Below, piece by piece: positions 37,234 to 49,784 of a DNA stretch of 64,000 nt. The DNA is taken from positions 37,510,001 through 37,574,000 of the forward strand of contig CM060734.1 of NCBI GenBank assembly GCA_030704615.1, written 5' to 3'. The translations under genes were made by a program, and so were the position numbers. Position 1 is the first letter of the stretch. Each line of letters starts with the position of its first letter. The stretch comes from Takakia lepidozioides (Eukaryota > Plantae > Bryophyta). The notes under the pieces were generated by a model. That model ran no database searches, had not been told where the DNA came from, and worked only from the letters and a program-made list of their open reading frames with translations.

Positions 37234-37733
37234 NNNNNNNNNNNNNNNNNNNNNNNNNNNNNNNNNNNNNNNNNNNNNNNNNNNNNNNNNNNNNNNNNNN
37301 NNNNNNNNNNNNNNNNNNNNNNNNNNNNNNNNNNNNNNNNNNNNNNNNNNNNNNNNNNNNNNNNNNNNNNNNNNNNNNNNNNNNNNNNNNNNNNNNNNNN
37401 NNNNNNNNNNNNNNNNNNNNNNNNNNNNNNNNNNNNNNNNNNNNNNNNNNNNNNNNNNNNNNNNNNNNNNNNNNNNNNNNNNNNNNNNNNNNNNNNNNNN
37501 NNNNNNNNNNNNNNNNNNNNNNNNNNNNNNNNNNNNNNNNNNNNNNNNNNNNNNNNNNNNNNNNNNNNNNNNNNNNNNNNNNNNNNNNNNNNNNNNNNNN
37601 NNNNNNNNNNNNNNNNNNNNNNNNNNNNNNNNNNNNNNNNNNNNNNNNNNNNNNNNNNNNNNNNNNNNNNNNNNNNNNNNNNNNNNNNNNNNNNNNNNNN
37701 NNNNNNNNNNNNNNNNNNNNNNNNNNNNNNNNN
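37234..37733. other. Assembly gap (500 N; probably a placeholder size)
   Basis: Run of N. Confidence 1.
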
Positions 37734-39476
37734 TACACATCCTACTGTCTCAAGTTCAGAGGCGAGGTTGCTACTTGTTTGACGTCTGTATCAGGACTTC
37801 TGCTGCCAGTCCTGGGTCTTGACAGGCCAACCCTGTGGTAGAAGTTTGAGTGTAGTCCAACTGCCAGAACCAGAGATATCTTTCATCAGTCCGCTCATTT
37901 TCCACCCATCACAGCCCCTGCCCACTGTTAGTCTTCCACTGCACATTCAACAGACTGATAGCGCTGTGCTAGTCATAGGAGTGGGAGGGAAGAGATAACA
38001 CTGTCAGTGAGTTGTGCTTTATACCCTAAACCCGGCACCCGGCCCACTGTTCATTCTTCCACTCCCCATTCAGCAGACTGATAGCACTGTGCTAGTCGCA
38101 GGAAAAGTGTAAACACTGCCAGTGAGTTGTGCTTCATGCCCTAGACCCTGCACCATTTTGGAAAAGCAGGCGAGAGCATAATCAACCGCAGGGACGGTGT
38201 CCTCTCACTTATAAGCCTCCATCAGAGGCAAACAAACCATGGTAGAAGTAAAAGTTGAGGGTTATGTACCTGCACGCGGTTGACCTCATGAGCACGAGCC
38301 ACCCGCTCCTGGTTTTCTTTTGTGATGAAGTGGCTAGAGTCCACTACTTCAACGCCCTGTCACAAAGGGTGATAACCAAAGCTGAAATGGCATCAAATAT
38401 GTTGACCTGTTATCAATTATTGTCTTATATGTACTGTCTTGTACAAAAACAACAAGATTACCAGAAATCTGTGCTTACCAGAAACCTTCTAACATTTATA
38501 GCTGCACCAACCTGAATGTATGTGATAATTATGATTGAAGAAAGGCAGACTAACCTGTTCTCTAGCAAAAGATTCTGCACCCTCAAATGCAAGATACACA
38601 TGAGGAGTTTTCTCCATAACCATGCGTGCAAGGGATATAGGATGCACCACAGTCGAGAGACCTGACACAGCACCACAGTTCATGGAAGACCCATCCATGA
38701 TGCAAGCCTCCATCTCCACAGTTCCCCTTGTCGTCAACACTGAACCCCGTCCTGCATTGAACACTGGAATTGCCTCCAACTCCCTCACCTGCCCCCATGA
38801 CCTTGGCTTCTTGTTTAGTATGGTTAAAGACTCATTTCTTCCACCTCTTGCCTTTCTTTCTTTCAACTGCTCTCAGAAGACAAAATTCTCTGGTGGAGCC
38901 TTTCGATTGTCCACTGTGGTGAAACCGACCCATCTCTCTGAGAATGAGCGTTGTTATCAGACTGCAACATCTGTGGTGAGACACACAACAGAGCCAGTGG
39001 ATTCTAATCAAAACAAAACAACTGATAATAGAAATAACTATGAAGGTTTTGAGAAATGGAAAACCCCGTCCTCCCCCTTGATAAGTCATCCTAGAGTACT
39101 GTTGCCACCTCCAACATCAAAAGCCAGAGGCGTATGGGAGAACCAATCTCCAAGAAGATTACCTTTATGTCTGGAAAAGTATAGCTTCCAGAGCAATTCA
39201 ACTTCCTTGCTTATCATTTCAGTGTCCTCAAGCACGATCTTCCATCCGTGCTTGACAATTCCATGGGTCGGAAAATTTCCTGATTATCTGTTTATAAAGT
39301 GAAGAAGAACATACCACTAGCTCCACCACGTCGAGAGCCGACCGCGACGACTCCAGTGCAGACACGCCAATGTCAAGGCATTGCTGGAGCGCTGCCTCTA
39401 CAGCTGCTTTTCTTGTTTCTGGCAAATCCCGAGAGATGTCTCCCGCCCCCCCATGGAGTGCAATGGCCCACCCCAT
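37734..39476 (-). CDS. Plant-type L-asparaginase / isoaspartyl peptidase (Ntn hydrolase); exons 39476-39315, 38788-38555, 38356-38270, 37860-gap; 3' part not in the window
   Basis: [71 protein letters not shown] (nucleophile Thr); three phase-0 GT-AG introns. Confidence 0.93.
37915..38155. repeat. Two-copy tandem duplication (about 120 bp) in asparaginase intron 3
   Basis: CCCACTGT..CTTCCACT..CAGACTGATAGC.CTGTGCTAGTC at about 37921 and 38043. Confidence 0.7.
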
Positions 39477-39953
39477 GCTCTGCGGGAATAGAAGCACAAG
39501 ACTCAATCACAAGCTACAACTCAGAAATCTCAGTGACAGCCGCCTTGCATTAATATAACCCAAACACACCTAAGAAAGACTTTTGGGTATCAAGTATCAA
39601 CCCCAAACAAAATAAAAGTTCACTGAGTACCTGAAGAGAATGAAGACTGTGGTAGCCGATATGCAGAGGTAATCCTTCAAGAGGGATTTAGGTGCGAAAT
39701 GAAAGCTTCCAAGGAGACAGAGGCCACTGAATACTACACGTGCACGGACACCTCTAAGAAGGACGCGCACATCCCACACATGGAAGAACCACGGGACTGC
39801 TACTTGGCCGGGGGGCGATTGCCCTACAATGTTCGGACAGGCTACCTCAACAGCTGAATTCTGAATTCATGATGAGTTCCTGTCTCAGAGTTTTGGGTTG
39901 TTTTCCTAACTTTGTTCTCTTCAGACTAACACAATCCTCATGGACAATTCCAG

Positions 39954-42900
39954 GAAAAAAGTACACGAGGGCTCCAAGAAACGCTGACGCCTTAGCTGTG
40001 TAGGACTTAGCCATTTCAACTTCTTCTCTAATGCGCCCGCTAGATAGCTAAGTTAGGCCAACCACTATCAAGAACTGCAAAGTAGTAGGCTTCTTGATTA
40101 TTTCTTAGACAACCCGATATTTTAGTTATGACTAAACAGAGTCGTGCTGCTCATAGAATCGGCGCCATTGTACTTCCAAACAACGGAGCGTGTGCGAAAG
40201 GCGCAGAGGAAGGAGGAGATGCCGATGAGCGCTTCCAGGGGAATAGTTGGAAAACACCTGGTAAACTACAAGCGAACTTAGTTGAGGAGGAAAGGATACG
40301 TGACAACCCCCCATAATCGGCCCTCCATCGCTGCCGGATCATAAAAAAGAACACATTGAAGCCGGAGCTGTCTACGGAAGATGTGGAAAATGGTGAATGT
40401 GGCGAAAATGGTACTATCAAGCCCGACAATGAAGCTCGATCAAGCAGTCAAGATAGCAAACAGCCTGCCGGGCCACGGGGAAGGCTTGAGGTTGGGGCAA
40501 ATCGAGGATGTAGAGAGTCAAGAACAACACGCAAGCAGGGTGCAAGAAGAGTTGTTCTTCTTTTATTGTTTCTATGCGGGAGTATAATACAACTCTTGGG
40601 GAGCGAGGATGCACGCCATGGCAGCAAGAAGCATAGCTCCCAAATGGGAGAAAGAATGACTGGTAGAGGAGGGATAGTGACTCCTCTCTACCCACGGCGT
40701 ACTCAGATCGCTGAAAATGGAGGGGCCTGGCCGAACACACCCGAGCATCATCAAAGACATCATCTCATGCCAGCAGCCACAGATTTGAGTGCATCTGGAG
40801 GGAGCCGAAGATAGAGCCAACCACGAGTTCCAAGAAGACACCAAGTCCGATCAGAACCCGAGATCTCTCAATCACATACAGAGGAGGAGCACATGGACCA
40901 CGAGATAAGGCAATACCAAACGGAGCCGGGAGGACCTGTCTCAACACGAGCGGCAGCGGGCGGCATTTTCTGCCTGTCTTTACAAACTTAGCGTTCGCTC
41001 AAGAGAAGCAAGCTGCCCCCTGATCAACCTTTACAACACCACAGATAAGTACATGGGCATTCCCAACGTTGTGATTCCAAGGGCTATGATGAAGAACATT
41101 AGGGAAAATGCTACAACATTTGCTATTCTCGCAACAGGTAATGTTTTGAATACTTCTCGTCTTCACCTGTGGGCCAGCACGAAAGCTAAATCGCTGACAT
41201 ATGCTCCGCTCAACACTTACAGATTTCTGAAGGAGCAATGGCTGCCTGTAACCACTAACCATACAGGCGTAATTGCGGCTTGCCTCTTACCAAACATAGC
41301 CATTGAGACAACGCACATTACAATTGATCGATTGAATAACCATCCCCTGCTTGCACTTGTTGCATGCTATCCCGAACACCTAATCACCTTGGCTGCAGGA
41401 ACATGTGAACTAACCAGCGCACACGAACAACAGCTAGGGTGCACAAGTCAAACGCATGAGGCTGAAGCTGGGATGGGGGGAGCCAAACAAGCAACTAGGT
41501 ACATGGCGGTGAAGTGCCAAGCAGCAAGTTAAATACTGGGGAGGCCTGAACGCTGTCAACAAGGAGATAACTGCCGTGCAGATGGACAAGGCGATGCCAC
41601 ACTGCAGCGTCCACCCACCATCCCACTTTACATCTTATAAACTTGCCTATGAAACACTCATACTACTCCGTTGCGGCGACATCCACCCAAACCCAGGCCC
41701 AAATACCATAACTAGCATCATCAACAAGCTCTCAAAGGATCCTAAAGACAGATATGCACTATATTTCCAAACAGACACTGTCTCCCTTGTGCCTGCATAC
41801 CAACATCTTAGTGACCACTTCTCTCTCTTTCTCCCCAATCCTTCCACCAATAACCACAAACTCACATACCCAATTGCCACCTTTGGGCTTCCTGCTTGCG
41901 AACACCCATTTCTAGTTAGTGCCACCCATAAACTTAGCACATACCCTACGCAACATCTCCTATTCTCACTAATTCTCGTCATCTCTCCAATACCCTCAAT
42001 ATGCAACGACTACTTTCGAACCCAACCAAACACACACATCTGTTCGCTACTACAACAATTGCATGATCTACCCCCACTACCTCACAGATATCTAGCACCC
42101 CCACACCACCTACACAACCTCCACGAATCTCTTGACCTGCTAAAAACCAAGCCCGGAGAAGTTCATAGGATTCTCGGTGAACACCTAGCGCACACACTAC
42201 AACCATGCATGAGATCAATACCATCACCAACAAATTCCTATTCCTCTCCAAAAATATTCTCGCCGCAACCCTCCACGCCACGACAGGCATCCCTGGATAT
42301 CAACCCACTCCCACCACACCTCCATCCACCATCCCACCCTGCATGCCCAGCTCTACCAATAACCCACCTCCAACATTCCCTAGATCCAACAGTCCCCCAC
42401 ACACCTCCTCCTCCCAGCCAGCACACGCACTCAACATACTCACATGGAATGTAGGATCTCTTGCCACCAGCATCCAAAGCCTTCTCCATCTAACGGACTC
42501 TACACCCCGCATATCATTCTATTACAAGAAACTAAACTCAGCGCACACAACCCCAACAGCTCATATATCAACAAACTCCTCCCAGCCTACTACGTGCTAT
42601 ATGGCAACTCACTCACAGCCGCACAGTGCCTAAACAGACGCTCCATGCCATATCTTCCTACTCGGGGAGGGGTGGCTTTTGGTATCCTCCACACACATCA
42701 CTCCCCTAGCACCACGGTCAAAATCCCTGTCGCTCTCCCCCTACTTCCCCACAATAACATAGTTACCTTCCTAAAGCATTTCCAACCAACATCCTTACAC
42801 CTTAAGCAAACCTCGTGCAATCCCCTGACAAAGCCTGGACCGAAGCCGAGACCATACTCACAACTTCAATGAAAGAAATGACAAACAATATCATTGCCAC

Positions 42901-45900
42901 ATGCTCTGCCCCCCATGAAATCCCACAAACTACACGTTCAAAACAAAATGGGGGCTACCTTACCCGTACTAAAAAACGTATATGGACATCACATCTTAAT
43001 ACATACCACACAATCAGCTGGTCCCTCACCATATACCTACCTAACCACTCACCCATGCCCCCGGAAACAAGGGCCTTTAGATCCACGTATCACCTGCCTA
43101 AACAACCTTAACAACATGTCAAGCACTTATGCCCCACTCGCCAATCCCCAAGATTTCCTCACTGGACAGCTGCTCTTTCCAAAGTGGAAGAGAGTGCCAA
43201 AAAAAACTGCTTACAATATTACCAAACAAAAAGCCGCCGACAATCACAAAAATTCGTCTCTCTTCTTTTAACCGACTGCTACGCGACCATAACCAAAACT
43301 CTCAAGACATCTTTAACCTACCTCACCCAACCCTCCATCGACCGTCTCAAACACAGGCACGGCCACTGCTAACCAATCCACCGGACATCAAACCAAGAAA
43401 TATGGTCACAAAACATCCTCAACCTACACACCCACAGTTACAAACTGCTTACAGCCCCGTCTCCACGCTGCCAACTGCAGGTGTAAAGCTAAATACTATC
43501 CATGGCATGATATAGATGGCTTCTCGATTGACAACAGAGGATCCTCAACGGACTGCATCCTAGACTTATTATTGATCTCTACGATCATGCCTTAAAAAAC
43601 TATCAAAATCTAAAGCCCCGGGACCCGACCTTATACCAAATGCCATACTTCAAGCATTAGACCCTCAACTATACTCCCTCATTTTAAAATTTTTTCAACC
43701 ATGTTACAAACTAAAACGAATCCCACACTCCTGGAAGCACAGTCGAACCATTCTACTATTCAAAAAAGGCGACCCTACAGATCTCAGTAATTACAGGCCC
43801 ATAGCAATCCATATACAAGCTATTCACCAGCACGCTCACCACAATGCTATCAAGTTATGGCGAGCAATACCAAATTCTTAGTGACCCCCAAGAATGATTC
43901 CGAGCTACACGCAGCACAACACGACAAATAAATATTGTTATATCCGCACTCGAAGATGCTAAACTTACAAAGCAAGATATTTATCTTTATATATCGATTT
44001 AAAAATGCCTTCGGCTCCCTAGATCATGCTAGACTACTTGCTATCATGCTTGACATTGCTTACCCCACTGATGCCGTCCAACTAATAGGAAACATCTACA
44101 CAAACAGTACTACTAAATATTTTGGTGCATACTATGGTTCCACCCCGCCTATCCTCATCCTCCGGGGAACTATCTAAGGTGACACCTTAAGCCCCTACCT
44201 ATTCATTATCTTCCTAGAACCCCTTCTCAGATGGCTAGCTCGCGGCAAGCTTGGATCCCAATACAAAACCTCATCAAGTGACATTTCCGCTGCAGCATAT
44301 GCAGATGATCTAGCTATCCTGGCACATAAACCACAACACATAAACCGACAAGTTAACAAACTATTCAGATTCAATCTATGGTCAGGCATAGAACTCAGCC
44401 TGCACAAGTGCGTCATCATAGCCGCAACACATCATAGTCGGCTCACCAAAACTGCCATAGCCTCACATTGCAAACTCTATGTATACTACCAAAACACACC
44501 ATTTCCCTTTCTAGGACCAGACGAGCCATATACTTACCTAGGTATACAACTCGTTCCCTCCCTCACATGGCATATCCAAAAAGAATCTACATCATCCAAA
44601 CTCGCTACCAAAAGCCTTGCCCTGCTCAAATCCCCTATTGTTATTCGACCAAAATTATCAATCATTCAATCCGTACTACAAACACAAATTCAATATTCAT
44701 TCCACGCCGCACCCTTCTCCCTACCGGACATAAAAAAACTTGATAAAAGTATTATTCAGCTAACAAAACGTGTATATGGCCTACCGACTAGCACTCCCAA
44801 TGCTCTCACGCAACTCCCTACTGACCACTACGGAATTGGTTCGAGCCCATTAATCATCTCGTATGCTCGTACATTAGGCACCCAATTACAAGAAGCACTC
44901 AACGATCTTGGGCGCCTAGGTATCATTTATCAGGGACTTCTTAAACACCTTGAATTAAAATACAATGATATCTACTCATTATCATCTTTGCACCCACAGG
45001 CTTGCCTACACTCCCCCACTGCACGCACACTACTCATCCTACGCAAATGAAAATTAGCATACAAACCGATTTGCCAGCCTATCCTAACACCTCGTCACCT
45101 TTAGAACGCGCATGGCTCACAAACCATTTTTTATCACAATTCACGTCTCTTATCCCAAACAAAAGACCCCCATCCTCACCTATTTCAAAAAACGTCACAT
45201 CACCACCATCACCCAACTTACTACCGCCACCGGCCATAGACTTTTAAAACCAAACGAATTCACTCTTAAGTTCTCCCGCGCCACGTCCAAAACCAATTGA
45301 TGCCGACACCACCTTCGCACCCTCTTTTGTCATCCCTCAGCAACCTGCACTCTCCAATGTAATCTCCCCTACCTCTACTATCCACATACGGCTCAAGACC
45401 TGCTCCCCTAGTACCGATCTTCCCCTACTCCTCCATCTATCAAAGACTCAAAACGACATATACCACCAATACTCCTACAGACACACAACCCGATCCCCCA
45501 TATCAAGTACCTAACATACACCCTCCCGAACCTAACCACAACCTGCTTACGCCACTCACTCCATCACCTAGTATGCAAGGCTCCCCCACCCCCTCCCAAC
45601 TAACCACTGCACTGTCCCCCCCATCCTCACCACATAGTGACGACAATAACAATGCTTACATCATTGATGCCATACTAGGAGTTAAAACCCAAATGTCCAT
45701 TGATGCCTTTGGGGCCACTTGCATTGATACATACTATCACTGTCAATGGGCTGGGTACTCCTCATCAAATAACACATGGCAGATAGAAGATGACCTATTC
45801 AGCCCACATGACGATTGTGACCCCGAACACAATCTTGCCCTACTCACCACCTTCCACAAAAATACTAACACCGATTATCTAACACACACCCACCAACAAC

Positions 45901-48564
45901 ACGCCACTCCCACCCAACCTACAGATAACAGATATATACACCAACCCATCTATGCTCCCAACGTATACATCTGCATAACTGAATGTAATCCCGACAAAGA
46001 TGTCAAATATGATCAACCACTCATCCGCATGGGCCCCCGCCTTTCCAATATCTACGCTCAACATGGCCGCTTCATTGGACTCATTCCTAATGCACGATTA
46101 ACATGGTTGTGGGAGAAATACTCTGCTGCAAGCTCATCTCCACAATCACTACAACCCCCAAAACAAGACTTTGCTACCGAATTATATTGGCTGGTTGACC
46201 GCTACCTCAAAGACACTCCCCCAAGAAACCCCAGTCCCTCACTAGATTGGAAACAGCATGTGCACACCATACTATACCCCAAGATATTCTCACCTTAATT
46301 ATCAATACATTCCAGCTTACTTACTCATACTATTCCAACCCACTGACATGCCCAATGACATTGCACACATTTTCTAGCCCACATCATAGAGACTGTATCT
46401 TTGGAGCCACATGTACTGCCACCCAGCACACCTGGGAAGGTCGGGGCCTTGCCCACCCCCCTGGCCCCCTTGCTTACGAAGCTCTTCAATGGGCAAAATT
46501 TGTTGCGCACTCCTCTCCTTCTGCATCCACAATCCTCATCCTCACACACCAAATCACACCGAGCACCTCTCACCCTCTCCTACAACTCTCAGAAGGGGTT
46601 AATTTACTCGCCACAATTGACCCAAACCAACTTAAATATATTCACGCCCCTCCTCTCCCCAAATACCTCAAACGAAAAGAACCCACCCTTAACCTGATGC
46701 TACACGTCCAAAACCCCCTTCATGCAGACATACCGACACATTTCTTCCATCAACTAGAACAATTACTAACCAAAACCCATAAATTAAATGCCACCATCCA
46801 TCGCCCAACTACCCTCCCTCACACCCACGCACCCGCCACACTGCCCCGGATTAGAACAAACAAAGTTTGGAACATTGCGATACCATGCCCCCCACATGTC
46901 ACGCCAACAACGCCTCCCCCTCCAATCCCCGCAATATATCAACAAAACACCATCCCCAAATACCCACCGGCCAACTCACACTACACCGACGGATCCCTCA
47001 CCAAACCTAATGCAGGGTACGGTATTTATCACGCCAGCACCGGTTAAGGTGTTGCCCTCAGGCCCCCTAGACCTGCCACCATCCTCAGGGCTGAACTCAT
47101 GACCATTCACGATACTCTCTTTACTCGACACTTTCCCCCCCCCCCCATACTATATCTTCACTGACAGCCCTACCTCACTATTCCTCATCCATAACCACAT
47201 CTCTTGCCCCTCTGCCCATCATCACCACCCCGACCGCAACCTTATTTCCGCTATTGTCCAGAGGGCCGTTGCCATCAGCCGCCCAGTCCATATACTCAAA
47301 GTCCGTTCGCACACTGGCATTCATGGTAATGAAGAAGCAGACCTACTCACCCAACTCGGCGCTTCCCACCCCATAGTTGTACCCAATGATGACCCTATCC
47401 ACATCGCCCACACCCACCCTTTCTGGTTTATACACCCCATACCAGACCCCCCTGCACCTAGATCCATCCGTAACCTCCTGACCACGCTTACCCGAGAAGC
47501 AAATAAACAAGCTGCAGCCTCCATCAGCCACACTAAAGTACACATCCAAAAATGGACTCAATCAAGTGTATTGCACCATAAACTCTCAAATCATTTCTGG
47601 CTAACCAAAACTACTACGGACGCACAAATCCGACAAACACTCAAATTCAGATACGCCCAATACATGGGTCACCAGCGCAAGCACATCTTCTGGCCGCATA
47701 TGTTCCCATCCCCATACTGTCCATTGTGTTCAACCACTCACCAAGCTCGTGACACCTGGCCACATTTCCTCAGCCAATGTACGCACCCGATTATACACGG
47801 CCTTCATATCACGCGACACAACCAGGCAGTCTGACATCTCCATAAGCTCTTTCTAAACCGTGCTGAAACCAGATGGTTCGCGCTTATAAACGCTGGCACC
47901 TACCAAGGTCGGCCACCCGACCATACCGTGCCACCCTGGCTGCTACCATGCATATGTACCCGATCACCATGTTCATGCCCTTCCAGGCTTTGCCCGGACA
48001 TACTCTTTGTACAAGGCCTAACCATTAACACCCCTACCCCCCACCTCACCATCCCCACAATTCACCATCCATTTCATTGAATTCACATTTTGTCACGATC
48101 GCTACCCCAATGATTCGATTTTAGAAAAGCGTCAAAAATATGCCTCGCTTATCCTTGCAATCCGACGGTATGGCTGGAAAACTGGCCCATTAACCGTCAT
48201 CACCGCCGGTACTTGAGGCGGCATTCATAACGCCAGTATCAATGACATACATGATAACCTCAATATTCCCACTCTTCCCATCCACAAATGTTTCAAAGCA
48301 ATTCACCTCACGGCACTCCGTTCACTCGCAGCTATTATCACCAACAAACGCCAATTGGAATCCGGCACTTCAAACGCGCCATAGGTCCCCCTGGGTACCT
48401 AGGGGTACACAGACTCCCCTACTTTCTGCTGTCAATTGGTGTCCCATAGGACACCTTTCCTTTTATAGGGCCCACCCCCGAAAAGGGGCAGTAGCCGCAA
48501 GGCGAAGTGGCTCTTAGTTACACCGGCTTCGGCCGGAGTCTTCTCTCTCTCTCTCTCTCTCTCA
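39954..48564 (+). mobile_element. Dualen/RandI-like LINE, both ends present, internally deleted and decayed; TSD ACAATTCCAG
   Basis: TSD at 39944-39953 and 48565-48574; (CT)n tail 48540-48563; APE N-terminus, RT, RNase H (KVRSHTGIHGNEEAD), CPLC..HFLSQC, RHNQAV, PDIL, IEFTFC, KRQKY, G.GG REL motifs; stop at 48382-48384. Confidence 0.92.
48388..48540 (+). other. Structured 3' UTR RNA element of the LINE
   Basis: Hairpins CCCCTGGGTACCTAGGGG, GGTGTCC-CATA-GGACACC, CCCC-GAAAA-GGGG, AGTA-GCC-GCAA-GGC-GAA, CCGGC-TTCG-GCCGG. Confidence 0.75.
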
Positions 48565-49391
48565 ACAATTCCAGACAATCAGAGCCTGAATTCTTCTTGT
48601 ATGGCGTTCTATGTCCACTGAAGTTGATTATGGAGATTCTTTCTGTGAACAAGCCTGAAGGTCGTGCCTCTGGGTGGCTTCGTCCAGAGCGACTTAATCT
48701 CTAGTGCAGACAAACTTTGTGTTTTGAGTGTGCGAGTAAAAATTGGATTCAACAAACCAGAACATCAGCTGGGATGTCCCGCACATTAGTGTGGACAGAA
48801 CAATGGGGAAGACCCATAACTGTATTGATATCACTCTCTCTCACCAAAGAGTTTTCAGAATTCTTTGAGCAACTTGTCCCTGCAACCAGACTGAGACCCT
48901 ACCTTTTTTGCAGTTTAAGAGAGTGGCCAACATGAAAACAAGAAATGTGCAAGCTGACCATGCAGGGAACACTGCTCCGCTGGATATGGATATAACTAAT
49001 TTGAAGCCATTCCTGCTTGTGGAAAGTGGAAGGAATACTTGTCCCTTATCTTCCCAGTCACCTAAGAAAGTCACCTCTGAGAGTACCCACTCTTCCTCCT
49101 TGCTCAACCATAATCAGTGCAAAACTTAAAGGGTTTACTTCAAGATTTTCTTGGTGGTTCCTCGTCCTTGCATGCCAAGAAGGTTCACCATGACTTCACT
49201 GTTGCTCTTGAATGATCATACTTCATGTGATCATCACCATGGGTAGCCTACAGATATTGCAATTACTGCCTGTGTCATGCCAATGAAACCATTCCTCCCA
49301 ATGTAACTCTTTGTATACAAGAGTAATGACCATTGTGAACTTTCTGCTCACATGCTTGAAGCACCGTACTCTGTGCACATAGGGTGATTGC

Positions 49392-49784
49392 TAAGTACTC
49401 AGGAAAGAACAAACCCCATTGTGAAACTAGTGAAGGCGGTTAACATCCGGTACACAGCTGCTTAGCCACCAGTCTCTGAGATGAACCAGGCGGTGTTATG
49501 GCATCGACCAGACACCTCAAGGCTTGATGACATGTCTGCAGAGATGAATCCAGAAGCACTGACTTTTCCGCTGCGGTGCCAAAGAGAAAGTTTCTGTATC
49601 TCCTCAGCATACGCCATACAAAGCACCGTCAGGAACATTACTATCCTTCTTCATCTGCTCATAAAATGGCTTCCCATCAGCAAGGATTTTGTGGAGTCAT
49701 CATGCATACGGTCGTCTAGCTTGTTCAACAGCACCTTGTCTCCTTTCTGACATTCACATCATTTCTCACTTTTGCTTTCTCTTC
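49392..49784 (-). pseudogene. Decayed E+/DYW deaminase coding remnant downstream of the PPR stop
   Basis: Fragments AAAGR*EEKAKVR, VRKE, EEIQKLSLWHRSGKVSASGFIS, GRCHNTAWFIS, DVNRLH*FHNGVCS align with the DYW consensus. Confidence 0.8.

Noticed and set aside
37060-37841. Poly-X ORFs
   Set aside because: Artefacts of the N gap.
39954-40130. HDV-like ribozyme at the LINE 5' end
   Set aside because: Only a simple hairpin (ATCAAGAA...TTCTTGAT) is evident; I could not build the nested double pseudoknot by eye.
48468-48513. Hammerhead ribozyme
   Set aside because: Three-way junction with GAA, but the CUGANGA core is absent.
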